Of a stretch of 64,000 nt of DNA, positions 41,603 through 51,148 are shown piece by piece (positions within the stretch are counted from its first letter, which is position 1; every line of letters starts with the position of its first letter). Where the stretch lies: IMG/VR virus record IMGVR_UViG_3300029951_000007; one strand, given 5' to 3'. The position numbers were made by a program, and so were the translations under genes. The stretch is from a virus. Under the pieces are notes generated by a model, which did not search any database, had not been told where the DNA came from, and was given only the letters and a program-made list of their open reading frames with translations.

Positions 41603-41946
41603 CGGAGATCAAGATTCTAAGCGCGCTGTTCGTATTGTTGTTCGGCCTGAACGTGTGGTTGCGCAGCCATCCAGTCAAGAAGCGGAATACAAGCATGAAG
41701 CTGATACCACTTCTGTTAGTAGTAGTTGGCTTGACCGGTTGCTCTTTGCGTCCAAGTCTGGACGTTCACCTTTATTGCGGAAAACACGATACATGGCAGG
41801 TCTGTGTGCGGTGCCCGGCAGGATTCAAGCCAAAGGTGCAATGGAGACCGCTTAACGGCGAAGTTGGCGACAACGTAGTTACGGCATTCACCGATGCGCA
41901 GGCCGCGCGGTGTGTCGTCGACTGGAAAAGCTTGGTGAAACGCTGA
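41599..41946 (+). CDS. TM segment + in-frame lipoprotein (internal lipobox start at 41695)
   Basis: MTEIKILSALFVLLFGLNVWL is followed by MKLIPLLLVVVGLTGCS (lipobox LTGC). Confidence 0.5.
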   Translation: MTEIKILSALFVLLFGLNVWLRSHPVKKRNTSMKLIPLLLVVVGLTGCSLRPSLDVHLYCGKHDTWQVCVRCPAGFKPKVQWRPLNGEVGDNVVTAFTDAQAARCVVDWKSLVKR

Positions 41947-42134
41947 TGGCGCACTTGTGGAGATGGTCGGTGCCGAAGGACGAATGGGAGCTGATCACGC
42001 AGGCTACGGACGAGAACAGGCAGACCGTGCTGCGCGGCTACAAGCGACGCGACCGCAAGGGCGTGCGGTTCAAGTGGACTGCCACGCAGGAAAAGCCGAA
42101 GAAGTTCAGGACGAGGGTGAAGAAGGAGGTTTGA
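41946..42134 (+). CDS. hypothetical basic protein
   Basis: ATG at 41946 (MAHLWRW...). Confidence 0.45.
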   Translation: MAHLWRWSVPKDEWELITQATDENRQTVLRGYKRRDRKGVRFKWTATQEKPKKFRTRVKKEV

Positions 42135-42135
42135 G

Positions 42136-42294
42136 ATGACAAGGGAGCATGGCACGGACTACGGTGCGCCGTTAACTGACTATGAGATAGAGGCATTGCG
42201 CTGTCTTATCGGCAGTCATAAGTACAAGGATGTCGGCAATGAGGATGGCAAGGGCCGGTGTGTAACCTGTGGGGAGGAAGAATCCGATGAGTAA
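42136..42294 (+). CDS. hypothetical 52-aa protein
   Basis: Own translation MTREHGTDYGAPLTDYEIEALRCL... with an AGGAGG RBS. Confidence 0.35.
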   Translation: MTREHGTDYGAPLTDYEIEALRCLIGSHKYKDVGNEDGKGRCVTCGEEESDE

Positions 42295-42306
42295 ACTCTG
42301 GAGGCT

Positions 42307-42579
42307 GTGGTGAAGATTTTCAAGTATGCACTACAGATAGAGGATGAGCAAACGGTGGAGCTGCCATTATGCTCTACCATACTATTCACTGGCGCGAATA
42401 ATGGCGAGCTTTGTATCTGGGTACAGGTCCTGAACCCAAACGCGGCTAAGAAGCCGCACAAGCTGTTTATTCATGGTACTGGGCGTGAAATTAACGGCAT
42501 GCTACAAAAGAAGTATCTAGGTTCAGTCGTGATGGAACCCTTCGTTTGGCACGTATTTCTCGAGGTGCCGCGTGGCTAA
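42307..42579 (+). CDS. conserved phage hypothetical protein
   Basis: Track ORF with a GTG start. The KIFKYALQ...LFIHGTGREI...FVWHVFLE pattern is common in phage ORFans. Confidence 0.5.
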   Translation: MVKIFKYALQIEDEQTVELPLCSTILFTGANNGELCIWVQVLNPNAAKKPHKLFIHGTGREINGMLQKKYLGSVVMEPFVWHVFLEVPRG

Positions 42580-43570
42580 CCTCTGGAAACCTATGCTCGC
42601 CGCCAAACCCGATCCCAAGGAACTAGACGCCACCCTGGAGAAGCTCTTCACGCTCGGTCGCACGTGGCTGGCGTCGCCGAAGCTGGACGGCATACGCGTA
42701 ACGGTGCAGAACGGCAGGCTGTACAGCCGATCGTTGAAGCTCATCCCCAATAAGGCCATGCAGCAGCTATGGGGGCGTGAGGAGCTCGACGGTCTTGATG
42801 GAGAAGTTATCGTTGGATCGCCCACGGCTGAGGACTGCTTCAATCGCTCCACCAGCGTGGTCATGAGCCGGGATAAACCAGCCGACGATGCTACGTTCAA
42901 CATATTTGATTGCTACGACGAGATGGAGCCCTTCGAGATTCGACTGAGTAATGCGACATCGACGGCCGATCAACGACCATTCATGAATCTTGCTGGTAAC
43001 CACTCTACTACTGAGCGCTTCATACGTCGCGTGCCGCACACGGTTATCAAGACTCTGGAGCAGCTGGCCTCTTACGAAGGAAAGCAGACAGGCTTAGGCC
43101 ACGAAGGAATCATGTTGCGCGACCCAATCGGCGCGTACAAGCACGGCCGCTCCACGGTCAAGGAGGGCGGGCTGATCGCCGTCAAGCGGTTCGTGGACGC
43201 CGAGGCCGTGGTGATCGGCACGTACGAGCAAATGGAGAACACGAATCAGCGGGTGGTTAACGAACTCGGCAAGATGAAGCGCTCCAGCCACAAGGCCGGT
43301 AAGGTCGGGAAGGGGACACTGGGAGGGTTCACGGTAAGACCGTTGGCGTGTGCTTGTGAAGCATGTCTTCGTGACAGGTCCGAGGCGTGTCTGCGACAGT
43401 TCAGCATCGGCACCGGTCAGGGTCTTACGGACGCGGTGCGCCTGGAGCTCTGGAAGAAGCGTAATACGCTACCGGGTAAGATCATCAAGTTCCGCTACCA
43501 GCTTATAGGCACCAAGGACGCACCTAGACAGCCGATATTTCTGGGCTGGCGGGACCCGCGCGACCTGTAG
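42572..43570 (+). CDS. ATP-dependent DNA ligase
   Basis: KPMLAAKP and the adenylation motif SPKLDGIRV (KxDG), followed by EGIMLR and an OB-fold-like C-terminus. Confidence 0.85.
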   Translation: MANLWKPMLAAKPDPKELDATLEKLFTLGRTWLASPKLDGIRVTVQNGRLYSRSLKLIPNKAMQQLWGREELDGLDGEVIVGSPTAEDCFNRSTSVVMSRDKPADDATFNIFDCYDEMEPFEIRLSNATSTADQRPFMNLAGNHSTTERFIRRVPHTVIKTLEQLASYEGKQTGLGHEGIMLRDPIGAYKHGRSTVKEGGLIAVKRFVDAEAVVIGTYEQMENTNQRVVNELGKMKRSSHKAGKVGKGTLGGFTVRPLACACEACLRDRSEACLRQFSIGTGQGLTDAVRLELWKKRNTLPGKIIKFRYQLIGTKDAPRQPIFLGWRDPRDL

Positions 43571-43581
43571 CCCATCCGGGT

Positions 43582-43587
43582 TATAAT
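43582..43587 (+). promoter_or_regulatory. TATAAT box, recurrent motif
   Basis: CCGGGTTATAATTAAGCC, right after the ligase stop. Confidence 0.4.
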
Positions 43588-43597
43588 TAAGCCAGCA

Positions 43598-43654
43598 ACC
43601 AAACTTTACAGTAACTAGATACCAAGACGTACGTGACCAAACTACACCGTAACT
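43598..43654 (+). repeat. imperfect 19-nt direct repeat in 5' leader
   Basis: ACCAAACTTTACAGTAACT (43598-43616) and ACCAAACTACACCGTAACT (43636-43654). Confidence 0.6.
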
Positions 43655-43674
43655 CAGAAGCCGAGGACTACAGA

Positions 43675-43959
43675 ATGATCATGCAGTGGAAACAGCAAGG
43701 CAATGATTACACAGCAAGCTGGCAGGGGATTCATTTCGTGCTATTTGAGCATCCTACAACGAAGCGTTGGAACTTGTTCGCCGACGGAAAGCAAGTTCGG
43801 CAGACTTGGTCCAAGGCTCGTTTGGCGATGGAGCAGATTGACGGCAAGCAGCAAGCGTTGGTGCTGAAGGCGTCGAGGGCGCAGGCACCTCGTCTGAGTC
43901 TGGAACTGCACACTACGTCGGCTCGTACGAGCGAGGTTGGTGAAGCGCGTGGCCACTAA
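43675..43959 (+). CDS. hypothetical protein
   Basis: ATG at 43675 (MIMQWKQQG...). Confidence 0.45.
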   Translation: MIMQWKQQGNDYTASWQGIHFVLFEHPTTKRWNLFADGKQVRQTWSKARLAMEQIDGKQQALVLKASRAQAPRLSLELHTTSARTSEVGEARGH

Positions 43960-44455
43960 GACCGCACTCAAGCTGGACATCACTCCGGAGGTTACAGCGG
44001 CCAGCAAGGCACTGTCTCCGGCTGTGAAGCGACTGACGAAGATACTGGCTGGATTCGACGCCGACAGCATTCCGTACGGCGCACTTGCCGATTCGCTCTA
44101 TGATCTGAAACAACTCAGCAAGATTCTCAACAGTATTACAGTACCATTCGACGACCTACTACTTCCGTCGGTGAAAGCTACGGAAGAGCATTTTGTGCAG
44201 AAGCTGGCCGTGGGCGAGTCCAGCGGCGTGCAAGGGCTGAAGAGCCGCGTGCAGGTGACGGAGTCCATTATTCCGGTTGTGAAGGATTGGGAGAAGTTCT
44301 ACGCCCACATCAAGAAGAAGGGGGAATTCGAATTACTCAATCGAGCAGTGAACCGAGCGGCGGTACAGGAGCGCTGGGACGCGAAGAAGCAAGTTCCGGG
44401 CGTAGACAAGTTCCATGCAAAGAAAGTGAGTGTGACGAAGTTGAGCGGGAAGTAA
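43937..44455 (+). CDS. hypothetical 172-aa protein
   Basis: Track ORF with a GTG start. Confidence 0.5.
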   Translation: MVKRVATKTALKLDITPEVTAASKALSPAVKRLTKILAGFDADSIPYGALADSLYDLKQLSKILNSITVPFDDLLLPSVKATEEHFVQKLAVGESSGVQGLKSRVQVTESIIPVVKDWEKFYAHIKKKGEFELLNRAVNRAAVQERWDAKKQVPGVDKFHAKKVSVTKLSGK

Positions 44456-44506
44456 CTCCGGTCGATCCAGAAGATATTCTTCCCTCCATCTACTAAGGAA
44501 TTGCTA

Positions 44507-44725
44507 ATGAGAGAACATTTCTGCGAAGACTGTCGAGACGAACGAATTCAGTTGAATCATCTGGTCGGTCAGCGAATCACAAAGGCGCAGGTCAACTGCG
44601 ATGGACCCGGTACCTACACGTTTGAATTTGAAGATGGTACCGTACTTAGCATTACGTCGTCAGGTAGCGATCTTACTACTACCGATGCAACGTTCACGAT
44701 ACCAAAACACACCAAGAAAATGTAG
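44507..44725 (+). CDS. hypothetical protein
   Basis: ATG at 44507 (MREHFCEDC...). Confidence 0.45.
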   Translation: MREHFCEDCRDERIQLNHLVGQRITKAQVNCDGPGTYTFEFEDGTVLSITSSGSDLTTTDATFTIPKHTKKM

Positions 44726-44738
44726 TGCAAGGAGCATT

Positions 44739-45650
44739 ATGGATTTCGCAACAATCGCAATGTACGTGGGACTGGGCGTTCTAGCCATCATAGTCCTGAG
44801 CATATTCTTCGGGTCGTTCTACACGGTGCCTACGCAGGAAGCGGCTGTAGTAGCGCGCTTCGGCAAGTTCAGTCACATCGCACGGCCAGGGCTCAACTTC
44901 AAGCGGCCATTCGTGGACTCTGTCGAGTTAGTTAGGCTGGCCACGTACCAGCTAGACGACACCATTGAGACGAAGACCAAGGACAACGTGTTCGTCACGC
45001 TGCCGGTGTCCTGCCAGTGGCAGGTGGGTAGTTCGGATCAAGCCATCCAGGACTATCATTACAAGCTAACCAACAACGAGCAGATCAGCTCCTACCTGTC
45101 CAACATCCTGTTGGGACACATTCCGGACATGGACCTGGACACACTCTTCACGTCGCAGCAGCAGGTATCGGACAAGGCGTCGGCAGAACTTGAACTACAG
45201 ATGTCCAAGTTCGGTGTCGAAATCACCAAAGTAATGATCACTGACATCCAACCGGACGCCGGAGTGGTCAAGGCCATGAACAGTATCAACGAGCAGACCC
45301 GGCTGGCCGTGGCTAATAAGGCACAAGGTGACGCGGAGTATATACTCAAGGTGCGGCAGGCTGAGGCTGATGCCGAGGTCAAGCGCCAAGAAGGTTTGGG
45401 CGTGGCTAACGAGCGTAAGGCCATCGCTGACGGGTGGGCTGACTCGATCGACAAGATAAAGGGCAGTACCGACCTGTCGGATAACGACGCTACGTTCCTG
45501 CTGCTGTTCACCAACTGGACCGACATGATGCAGAAGGTCGGCGGCTCTGACAACACCACCATGGTCTTTATGCCCTCTGGACCGGAGGGCTTGCAGAACT
45601 TCCAGGCGACGATGGCCAACGCGCAGTTGCATATGCTGGCGGCGAAGTGA
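44739..45650 (+). CDS. SPFH / band-7 (prohibitin-stomatin-HflK/C) family membrane protein
   Basis: An N-terminal TM segment (IAMYVGLGVLAIIVLSIFFG) is followed by YTVPTQEAAVVARFGKF...PGLNFKRPFVD and a coiled-coil AEAD region. Confidence 0.8.
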   Translation: MDFATIAMYVGLGVLAIIVLSIFFGSFYTVPTQEAAVVARFGKFSHIARPGLNFKRPFVDSVELVRLATYQLDDTIETKTKDNVFVTLPVSCQWQVGSSDQAIQDYHYKLTNNEQISSYLSNILLGHIPDMDLDTLFTSQQQVSDKASAELELQMSKFGVEITKVMITDIQPDAGVVKAMNSINEQTRLAVANKAQGDAEYILKVRQAEADAEVKRQEGLGVANERKAIADGWADSIDKIKGSTDLSDNDATFLLLFTNWTDMMQKVGGSDNTTMVFMPSGPEGLQNFQATMANAQLHMLAAK

Positions 45651-45662
45651 TAAGGAGAAAGT

Positions 45663-45923
45663 ATGAACAACGAAGCAAGCGATGAAGTGGAATTGTACCA
45701 AAAGAAAATGTTGATCACGTTCGGCCGTCCGGTTGCCGTCATGATTGCTGGTAGTCCGGTGTTTACGGAAGTGGTGATTGCCGAAGTGAAAGACAAGAAT
45801 CGAGACTTTATATACGGCGGCTCGATACGTGTCGTCGGTATGCCCAATCGTCCTGACTTTGAGAAGGCGCAGATTATGCACATTCACAGTATCAGCATTG
45901 CTGCTATGATCGAGCTCGATTAG
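45663..45923 (+). CDS. hypothetical protein downstream of SPFH gene
   Basis: Track ORF with an AGGAGAAAG RBS. Confidence 0.45.
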   Translation: MNNEASDEVELYQKKMLITFGRPVAVMIAGSPVFTEVVIAEVKDKNRDFIYGGSIRVVGMPNRPDFEKAQIMHIHSISIAAMIELD

Positions 45924-45985
45924 GTCGGGTTGCTCAGCGTCGCAGAAACCAAGCACCAATACGAACGCAGCACAAGGAGAACTGA

Positions 45986-46804
45986 ATGCCAGTAGTAAAG
46001 AAGACAGCAGCCAAAGGTAAGAAGACAACGTCCACGGCGATAATTCCTTGGACGGAAAAATTTGCGAAGTACGCCAAAGAAACAAAGGAACAGACCAAGA
46101 ACATCGGAGTCGGCGGCGTCAGTATTAAGTTCGGCCGTGGACGCATCTCTATCGGCGACGTCGAAGTCAAGGGCGGCAAGCTGGAGTGCGTCATTGTCGG
46201 CAGCTGCGCGCTCAATCGCTGGAACGAGCAGCCGTTTGATGCGTCCAATCCGCTGCCGCCGGATTGCTACGCGTTCTCTGTCATCTCGGACGACCCAGAG
46301 ATGGCTCCTCACCCGTCGGCACCTGACAAGCAAGCTGTGAAGTGCGCCGATTGTGAAAAGAACCAGTTCGGTACGGCGCGCGTTGGCAAGGGCAAGGCAT
46401 GCGGCAATACTATTCGTCTCGGCCTGCTGACCGGCAATGACGCCACCGAGGACGCTGACAGCGTCGCCGCTGCGGAGATGGCCAATGCCGGTGTCAGCCC
46501 TACCAACCTGAACCATTACAAGAAGTACACCGACCTGTTGGAAGAGGAGTATGGTCGTCCGCCGTGGGCCGTGGTGACGGAGATTGCCAGTTACGATGAT
46601 CCGAAGACACAGATTCGTCTGGAGTTCAAGATGGTGTCTCTGATTGACGACGACGACGTTCTCCAGGCTCTTGAGAAGCGTGTGCTCAAGGTGCAGGAGC
46701 AACTTCAGAAGCCGTTCTCCGTGGCCGATAAGACCGCGAAGAAGGCTCCGGCTGCGTCGAAGTCCAATTCCAAGTTCGCCGGCAAGAAGACTACACGGCG
46801 GTAG
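45986..46804 (+). CDS. conserved hypothetical with Cys cluster (possible ssDNA-binding/replication accessory)
   Basis: Track ORF with CADCEKNQFGTARVGKGKACGN. The functional guess comes only from its position next to replication genes. Confidence 0.5.
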   Translation: MPVVKKTAAKGKKTTSTAIIPWTEKFAKYAKETKEQTKNIGVGGVSIKFGRGRISIGDVEVKGGKLECVIVGSCALNRWNEQPFDASNPLPPDCYAFSVISDDPEMAPHPSAPDKQAVKCADCEKNQFGTARVGKGKACGNTIRLGLLTGNDATEDADSVAAAEMANAGVSPTNLNHYKKYTDLLEEEYGRPPWAVVTEIASYDDPKTQIRLEFKMVSLIDDDDVLQALEKRVLKVQEQLQKPFSVADKTAKKAPAASKSNSKFAGKKTTRR

Positions 46805-46869
46805 AATTCTAAGTCGTACTTGGTCGGTAGCCCTCACTGCTGGCCAAGTACGGCGAAGAAAGGAGTACT

Positions 46870-46974
46870 ATGAAACTGATCTTACTGATCCCGCGCATCT
46901 TCCTCATCATTTGTTTGATTCCTTTTGCGTTGGTTTTTGGCCCTGCACTATTTACGAAGCGGAGATTGTTTTGA
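46870..46974 (+). CDS. 34-aa hydrophobic peptide
   Basis: MKLILLIPRIFLIICLIPFALVFGPALFTKRRLF with an AAGGAG RBS. Confidence 0.3.
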   Translation: MKLILLIPRIFLIICLIPFALVFGPALFTKRRLF

Positions 46975-47402
46975 TTCTATCGCGGCAAGATCTTATGAAG
47001 TACGTAGAGCGGGGTGCGCTACGGTTCGAGCCAGCATTGGCTGACGATCAGTTTCAGCAAAACGGCATTGACATGATTGTGAGTCAGGTGGAGAGCGACT
47101 TGTTGGCCGCAGGTGGATTCACGTTAGGTCGTACGCGCGAGATTATAACCATGCCTGACGACCTTATGGCGTTCGTGCAAATACGGTCCACTTGGGCGCG
47201 TATGGGCTTCATCATGCCACCGACTGTGATAGACGCTGGCTTCCAGGGCAGTATCACCCTGGAGATAGCCAAGTTCGGCGCGCCGGGTTACGTGCCTGTT
47301 GGACAGCGATTCGCCCACGTCATCTTCGCGAAGCTTACCAGCGCCACCGAGCCTTATCGCGGCAAGTACCAGGGCCAAGTGGCCATTACGGGGGCGCTGT
47401 AG
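46971..47402 (+). CDS. dCTP deaminase / dUTPase-fold enzyme
   Basis: The TTG start gives MILSRQDLMKYVERGALRFEP, the classic Dcd N-terminus. IDAGFQGSITLEI, GQRFAHVIF and YRGKYQGQ are also present. Confidence 0.65.
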   Translation: MILSRQDLMKYVERGALRFEPALADDQFQQNGIDMIVSQVESDLLAAGGFTLGRTREIITMPDDLMAFVQIRSTWARMGFIMPPTVIDAGFQGSITLEIAKFGAPGYVPVGQRFAHVIFAKLTSATEPYRGKYQGQVAITGAL

Positions 47403-49382
47403 ATGCCACGTGCGCCGCAGGTGATTCTCGCAGATTTTGAAACGAAGGGTATTCAGTCGCGGCCAAAGTACCCACCGAAGCCGGGTTCGCTCGCTCTTAA
47501 GTGGCCCGATCAGTCAGATTACAAACTCATGGCATGGGGTCATGGGGATGGAACGCGTGCGTTCGACAACAATTGCACAGAGAAGGAAGCGCGCGGCGAG
47601 CTCAAGAAGGCACAGGAAAGCAAGTATCCAGTGCTTTGGCAGAACGAGAAATTCGATCTGGACGTCGCCGAAATACATTGGGAACTACCAATCCCGGATT
47701 GGCGGAAGCGTCACGATACTATGTATCTTCTCTTCCTCGAGAACCCTCATGCTCCGTCTCTAGCGTTGAAGGAATCGGCCCAGCGCATACTAGGGATTGC
47801 GCCTGAGGAGCAGGACAAGCTGAAGGAGTGGATCCTAGCCAACATCGAGGCGGCGCGTAAGAAGCCCAGCACATGGGGTGCGTATATCTGCGAAGCGCCT
47901 TATCGAATTGTCAAGCCCTACCACAAAGGCGATCTCACGCGCATGGGTCGGTTGTTCAATAAGATCTACCCGTATATCGTCGAGTCCGGAATGCTGGAAG
48001 CGTATCAACGTGAATTGAAGCTCATGCCAATACTGCTGGAGAACGAGCGGGTGGGGATGCGCGTGGACATGAATGGCCTAGAGCGTGACTTGCCGGCGAT
48101 GATAGCTGGCGTAGAGAAGACCGATGTCTGGCTGCGCAAGAAGCTGGGTATTGAGAACATCGACAGTGATCGGCAGCTTGGCGAGGCGCTTTACAATAAA
48201 GGAATCGTAAGCGACTTTAAGAAGACAGCCAAGGGCCATCTGTCGGTGAGTAAGAAGACACTTACGTTGAATAAGTTCAAAGACCCGAAGGTGTATCAAG
48301 CCCTGCAGTATCGCGGTCAGATGAGTACGTCCATCTCGATGTTTATCAAGCCTTGGTTGGAACTTGGTACAGCCGGCAAGGGTACCATTCACCCTAACTG
48401 GTCGCAGGTGCGCAGTCCGAAGGGTAACAACGATACAGGAGGAGCGCGCAGCGGTCGCATCATTTGCTCAAAGCCTAACTTCTTAAATATTCCGAAGAAA
48501 TGGAAGCGCGCAGCTTCTGCCGGTTACGTCCATCCAGCATTCTTGAAGGTTCCAGAATTGCCGTACGTACGTAGTTACTGCTTACCGGATAAGGGTCAGC
48601 GGTGGGGCAAAAGGGATTTCGATCAACAAGAATTGAGATTGTTCGGCCACTTTGAAGAAGGACCCGTTATGGCAGGTTTCTTATCTGCCCAAATAGATTT
48701 GCCATGCTCTAAGTGCGGCGCACCTGTAGGTAAACAATGCGTTGGTGGCAAATTTCACGCAGAACGCAAATACGACATCCATGAACTGGTGCGTGCAGAA
48801 GTAGAACGGCGTTTGATTGAAGCGTGTTTACGCGAAGGATTCGACCGTGACACTGCCAAGAGTTGCGTGTTCGGTCGTCTGTATGGCCAGGGTATAACCG
48901 GCCTGATGCAGCTTCTACAGCTACTAGATGAAGAGAAGCCTATTGCGCAGATCATCCAGGCTTCTATCAACGCGGCTGTGCCATCGATCAAGGAACTGGA
49001 CAATCGTTTGAAGGCGCTCTCGGATGAAGGCTTGCCGATTCGCACGTTTGGGTCACGTCTGTACTATTGTGAAGAGCCGAAGTACAGTCCTCTGTATGGC
49101 AGAGACATGACATTTTCATATAAACTTCTCAACTACCTCATGCAAGGTAGCGGAGCTGATGTAACGAAAGAAACATTGATACGTTATAACGAAGCCAAGA
49201 AGAATAGCAGATTCGTCGTCACTGTGTATGACGAAGTTAATTTCAGTGCACCTGCTAAAGCAATGAAAGAAGAACAGAAAATAATGCAAGATTGTATGCG
49301 TAGTATCGCCACCGACGTTCCCATGTTGTCGGAAGGCGAATCTGGTGTTAATTGGGGGACTTTGACAAAATGGCAGGATTAA
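47403..49382 (+). CDS. family A DNA polymerase with 3'-5' exonuclease domain
   Basis: ADFETKG (Exo I), DFDQQELRL (motif A), RDTAKSCVFGRLYGQG (motif B) and VTVYDEVNF (motif C). Confidence 0.9.
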   Translation: MPRAPQVILADFETKGIQSRPKYPPKPGSLALKWPDQSDYKLMAWGHGDGTRAFDNNCTEKEARGELKKAQESKYPVLWQNEKFDLDVAEIHWELPIPDWRKRHDTMYLLFLENPHAPSLALKESAQRILGIAPEEQDKLKEWILANIEAARKKPSTWGAYICEAPYRIVKPYHKGDLTRMGRLFNKIYPYIVESGMLEAYQRELKLMPILLENERVGMRVDMNGLERDLPAMIAGVEKTDVWLRKKLGIENIDSDRQLGEALYNKGIVSDFKKTAKGHLSVSKKTLTLNKFKDPKVYQALQYRGQMSTSISMFIKPWLELGTAGKGTIHPNWSQVRSPKGNNDTGGARSGRIICSKPNFLNIPKKWKRAASAGYVHPAFLKVPELPYVRSYCLPDKGQRWGKRDFDQQELRLFGHFEEGPVMAGFLSAQIDLPCSKCGAPVGKQCVGGKFHAERKYDIHELVRAEVERRLIEACLREGFDRDTAKSCVFGRLYGQGITGLMQLLQLLDEEKPIAQIIQASINAAVPSIKELDNRLKALSDEGLPIRTFGSRLYYCEEPKYSPLYGRDMTFSYKLLNYLMQGSGADVTKETLIRYNEAKKNSRFVVTVYDEVNFSAPAKAMKEEQKIMQDCMRSIATDVPMLSEGESGVNWGTLTKWQD

Positions 49383-49530
49383 AACATTAGCAGTAGTAAA
49401 GAGGCAGCCTGGACCACTGTGCTGACCGGGTTACTGCATGAAGTAGATTCACTGCTTGATCCTGAGCATGTCTATCACTTGCCAAGTACGCAAGACGACG
49501 GCGAACCAACCACTGAGTAAGAAAGGCACA

Positions 49531-50322
49531 ATGGCACCTAAGAAAGTACCCGCACCCGAGGTCAAGAAGACAACAACTACATTCACAGTGCCGCAGAAGT
49601 TAGCGACCCTTTCCTCGTGGTCATATTCGGTGTACACTTCGTGGCTGCGCTGCCCAGCAGCGGTGTGCTACGACAAGATTAAACGTATAAAGATATTCGA
49701 GCCGGAGAACCCAGCATTCGTCAAGGGCAACGCTGTCCACAAATTTGCCGAGGATTACATCGCCGGAAGACTTCCGGCCAAGGAGCCAATCCATCCAGGC
49801 TTAAAGCAAGTGCAAGATCGTGTGACTACGTATCGCAAGGTCAAAGCCATGGTGGAGCAAGACTGGGCGTTCACGAAAGAATGGGTTCCCACCAAGTGGA
49901 ATGATTGGACTCATTGCTGGTTGCGTATCAAGGTTGACGTCTGCGCGGTTACGGAAGCCACCAAGAAGGCGCCACCGCTGGTACATATAACGGATTGGAA
50001 GAGCGGTAAGGTGTATGAGGAGCATAAGCAACAGCGTAGCCTGTACGCGCTGGGAGGACTGCAGCTAGTCGAGCTCGGCTTACTAGCCGGTGGAAACAAG
50101 GATACCAAGGTAGTAGCCGAGCATCTATACACCGACACCACCCAGTCGGCGACGGAGGAGTATTCACTCAAGGATCTGAAGCCGCTGAAGAGTGAGTGGT
50201 TGACGCGTACCAAGCAAATGATGGCCGATACAAAGTACGAGCCGAAGCCGGGTTACCATTGTCGGTGGTGCAGGTTTAGGGCTTCTAACGGTGGGCCTTG
50301 CGAGGCGGAGCAGAAGTCCTAG
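49531..50322 (+). CDS. PD-(D/E)XK nuclease, Cas4/RecB-like with Cys cluster
   Basis: ITDWKSGKV...QQRSLY core, an N-terminal Cys (RCPAAVC) and a C-terminal CRWCRF...C. Confidence 0.65.
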   Translation: MAPKKVPAPEVKKTTTTFTVPQKLATLSSWSYSVYTSWLRCPAAVCYDKIKRIKIFEPENPAFVKGNAVHKFAEDYIAGRLPAKEPIHPGLKQVQDRVTTYRKVKAMVEQDWAFTKEWVPTKWNDWTHCWLRIKVDVCAVTEATKKAPPLVHITDWKSGKVYEEHKQQRSLYALGGLQLVELGLLAGGNKDTKVVAEHLYTDTTQSATEEYSLKDLKPLKSEWLTRTKQMMADTKYEPKPGYHCRWCRFRASNGGPCEAEQKS

Positions 50323-50498
50323 TGGGTAGAACTGCGAAGTATCGCTCGTCGGACGCACTCCTAGTTGATCTGTTCTTCTTGACCAAGGCTGTACCGCCGA
50401 AGGTAGAGCAACTAGGAGAATGGATAGCGGATCTACAGAGCATGTACGCGCAGTATCAGAAGGCGCTACGAAGGGAGAAGCGGCGTGCTAAAAGTTAG
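50322..50498 (+). CDS. hypothetical protein (start uncertain)
   Basis: The GTG at 50322 overlaps the upstream TAG. The track lists 50298. Confidence 0.35.
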   Translation: MGRTAKYRSSDALLVDLFFLTKAVPPKVEQLGEWIADLQSMYAQYQKALRREKRRAKS

Positions 50499-50739
50499 TG
50501 CTGGGTACGAAACGATAGAAGAAGAGTTCGAAGCGAGTTTGCGCCGAGTATTCGTTGACGGCAAAGCTGATTTTATACGTCTGGACGATCGTAGACGTGA
50601 ATTTCTAGTGCGAAGTGCAGGCTATGGAGAAGAGCAAGGTTGGTTGCGCTTAGAGTTAATTGAAGTAGACGAACAATCTAGTTACCTTGAGGGACGTCTA
50701 ACATCTGCTGGGAAGGTTCACTTTGGCCTCGCGGTATAG
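50485..50739 (+). CDS. hypothetical protein
   Basis: Track ORF. Confidence 0.45.
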   Translation: MLKVSAGYETIEEEFEASLRRVFVDGKADFIRLDDRRREFLVRSAGYGEEQGWLRLELIEVDEQSSYLEGRLTSAGKVHFGLAV

Positions 50740-51106
50740 GCGTGAATCCCCCACGGAGGCGTGGTGCGTGGCATGGGCACGATTCCGTGGTGTCGTAGTG
50801 GCCAAGATGACCGGCTGTAATGGCATTCCGGATCGTATCTTCTTCTTACCCAGTGGAGCGCCAATCATCGGCGAGTTCAAAGCCAAAGGTAAGAAGGGTA
50901 AGGGGCTCCAGGCTGAGACTCAACCGTACTACCTGACTAAGCTGATTGAATACGGCTACGAGGCGTACTGCTGGGACACCAAGGAAGCGTTTCTAGAGGT
51001 CATGAAAGGTAGGCTGGAATGTCCGCAAACCGCACCATCCAGGACGAAGAAGTCGAAGAAATCATCGATCGCGTCGAGCAAACGCAAGACGGCTTTATCA
51101 TCGTAG
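50723..51106 (+). CDS. VRR-NUC domain nuclease
   Basis: GIPDRIFFLPSGAPIIGEFKAKGKKGKGLQAETQPYYLTKL matches the VRR-NUC pattern G.PD...E.K...Q. Confidence 0.6.
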   Translation: MASRYRRESPTEAWCVAWARFRGVVVAKMTGCNGIPDRIFFLPSGAPIIGEFKAKGKKGKGLQAETQPYYLTKLIEYGYEAYCWDTKEAFLEVMKGRLECPQTAPSRTKKSKKSSIASSKRKTALSS

Positions 51107-51148
51107 AACTGTTGCATGAACTTTTGAAACTGAGACGGAAGGTTAGAA

